This document shows positions 36,042-36,706 of a stretch of DNA of 36,706 nt, piece by piece (the stretch's first letter is position 1; the number at the start of each line of letters is the position of its first letter). Source of the DNA: a virus. Lineage: Duplodnaviria; Heunggongvirae; Uroviricota; Caudoviricetes. The notes beneath the pieces are model-generated. The model was not told where the DNA came from, ran no database searches, and was given only the letters and a program-made list of their open reading frames with translations. The stretch lies in IMG/VR virus record IMGVR_UViG_2529293140_000002. One strand, written 5' to 3'. A program made the translations under genes and the position numbers.

Positions 36042-36419
36042 GTGAAACATAAACAACGTTGGGCGGGGGCAATCTGCTGTTTTGTCCTCTTCATTGTGGT
36101 GTGCCTTTTTCTGGCGACGCACATGAAAGGCGCTTTTCGGGCTGCCGGGCATCCTGAAATCGGCTTGCTATTTTTCATTCTTCCTGGAGCAGTCGCCAGC
36201 TTCTTTTCACAGCGTAGAGAAGTCCTGAAACCTCTGTTTGGCGCAATGCTGGCGGCACCCTGTTCGATGCTCATTATGCGGCTGTTTTTTTCACCGACGC
36301 GCTCATTCTGGCAAGAGCTGGCATGGTTACTAAGCGCGGTGTTCTGGTGTGCGCTGGGGGCACTGTGTTTCTTATTTATCAGTAGTTTGTTTAAACCACA
36401 GCACAGAAAAAATCAGTAA
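36042..36419 (+). CDS. ybjM: Inner membrane protein YbjM
   Basis: 125-aa hydrophobic ORF (GTG start after AGGAGG) in the position and orientation of E. coli ybjM between ybjL and grxA. Confidence 0.75.
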   Translation: MKHKQRWAGAICCFVLFIVVCLFLATHMKGAFRAAGHPEIGLLFFILPGAVASFFSQRREVLKPLFGAMLAAPCSMLIMRLFFSPTRSFWQELAWLLSAVFWCALGALCFLFISSLFKPQHRKNQ

Positions 36420-36438
36420 AGCCCTCAACGCGAGGGCT
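36420..36438. terminator. Hairpin terminator between ybjM and grxA (convergent genes)
   Basis: AGCCCTC-AACGC-GAGGGCT stem-loop; on the minus strand it is followed by TTTACTGATTTTTT, so it most plausibly terminates grxA and may act bidirectionally. Confidence 0.5.
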
Positions 36439-36448
36439 TGTCAGACGA

Positions 36449-36706
36449 TCAGGCGTCCAGATTTTCTTTCACCCATGCAGCAAAATCGGTATAGCCGCCG
36501 ATATGTTGCTGATCGACAAAAATCTGCGGCACGGTTTCTACGGGTTTACCTGCCTTTTGTTGTAGATCTTCTTTAGTGATCCCTTCCGCACGAATATCTA
36601 CATACTGATACTGAAAATCATCGCGTTCATTGCTCAATTTCTCAGCCAGATCTTTTGCACGCACACAGTAAGGGCAACCCGAACGACCAAAAATAACGGT
36701 TTGCAT
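36449..36706 (-). CDS. grxA: Glutaredoxin 1
   Basis: 85-aa ORF MQTVIFGRSGCPYCVRAKDLAEKL... with the CPYC active site; start codon at the very end of the window; matches E. coli GrxA. Confidence 0.9.
   Translation of the reverse strand: MQTVIFGRSGCPYCVRAKDLAEKLSNERDDFQYQYVDIRAEGITKEDLQQKAGKPVETVPQIFVDQQHIGGYTDFAAWVKENLDA

Overview
The window is almost entirely one P2/186-family temperate myovirus prophage (about 33.9 kb, positions 1 to 33873) inserted downstream of ybjL in an Escherichia-like chromosome; the right flank carries ybjL, ybjM and grxA. It is bounded by a 22-bp imperfect direct repeat (19-40 and 33852-33873) that I read as the att core. Left to right: integrase, a small secreted-peptide ORF, a 186-type CI repressor (all minus strand), then a rightward early operon (Apl/Cox-like, CII, small early proteins, TraR/DksA zinc finger, Dam methylase, replication protein A). 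Next comes a LexA-boxed Tum/DinI-like module and an AT-rich cargo island between gene A and the portal gene: a KAP-family P-loop NTPase and a phosphoribosyltransferase + DprA-like gene pair. I consider this island the most interesting content; both are candidate anti-phage or toxin-antitoxin modules. The rest is a P2-like late region (Q, P, O, N, M, L, X, lysis cassette, R, S, V, W, J, I, H, G, a Hin/Gin-family invertase, FI, FII, E/E', T, U, D, ogr) with TGT-N12-ACA late-promoter sites. Two further points stand out: the tail sheath gene is split by a -1 frameshift in an A6 run, and the E/E' chaperone has the expected T6G slippery site. All protein-family calls are from reading the translated ORFs and from memory of these families; no database search was run. 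No rRNA, tRNA or CRISPR array was seen.
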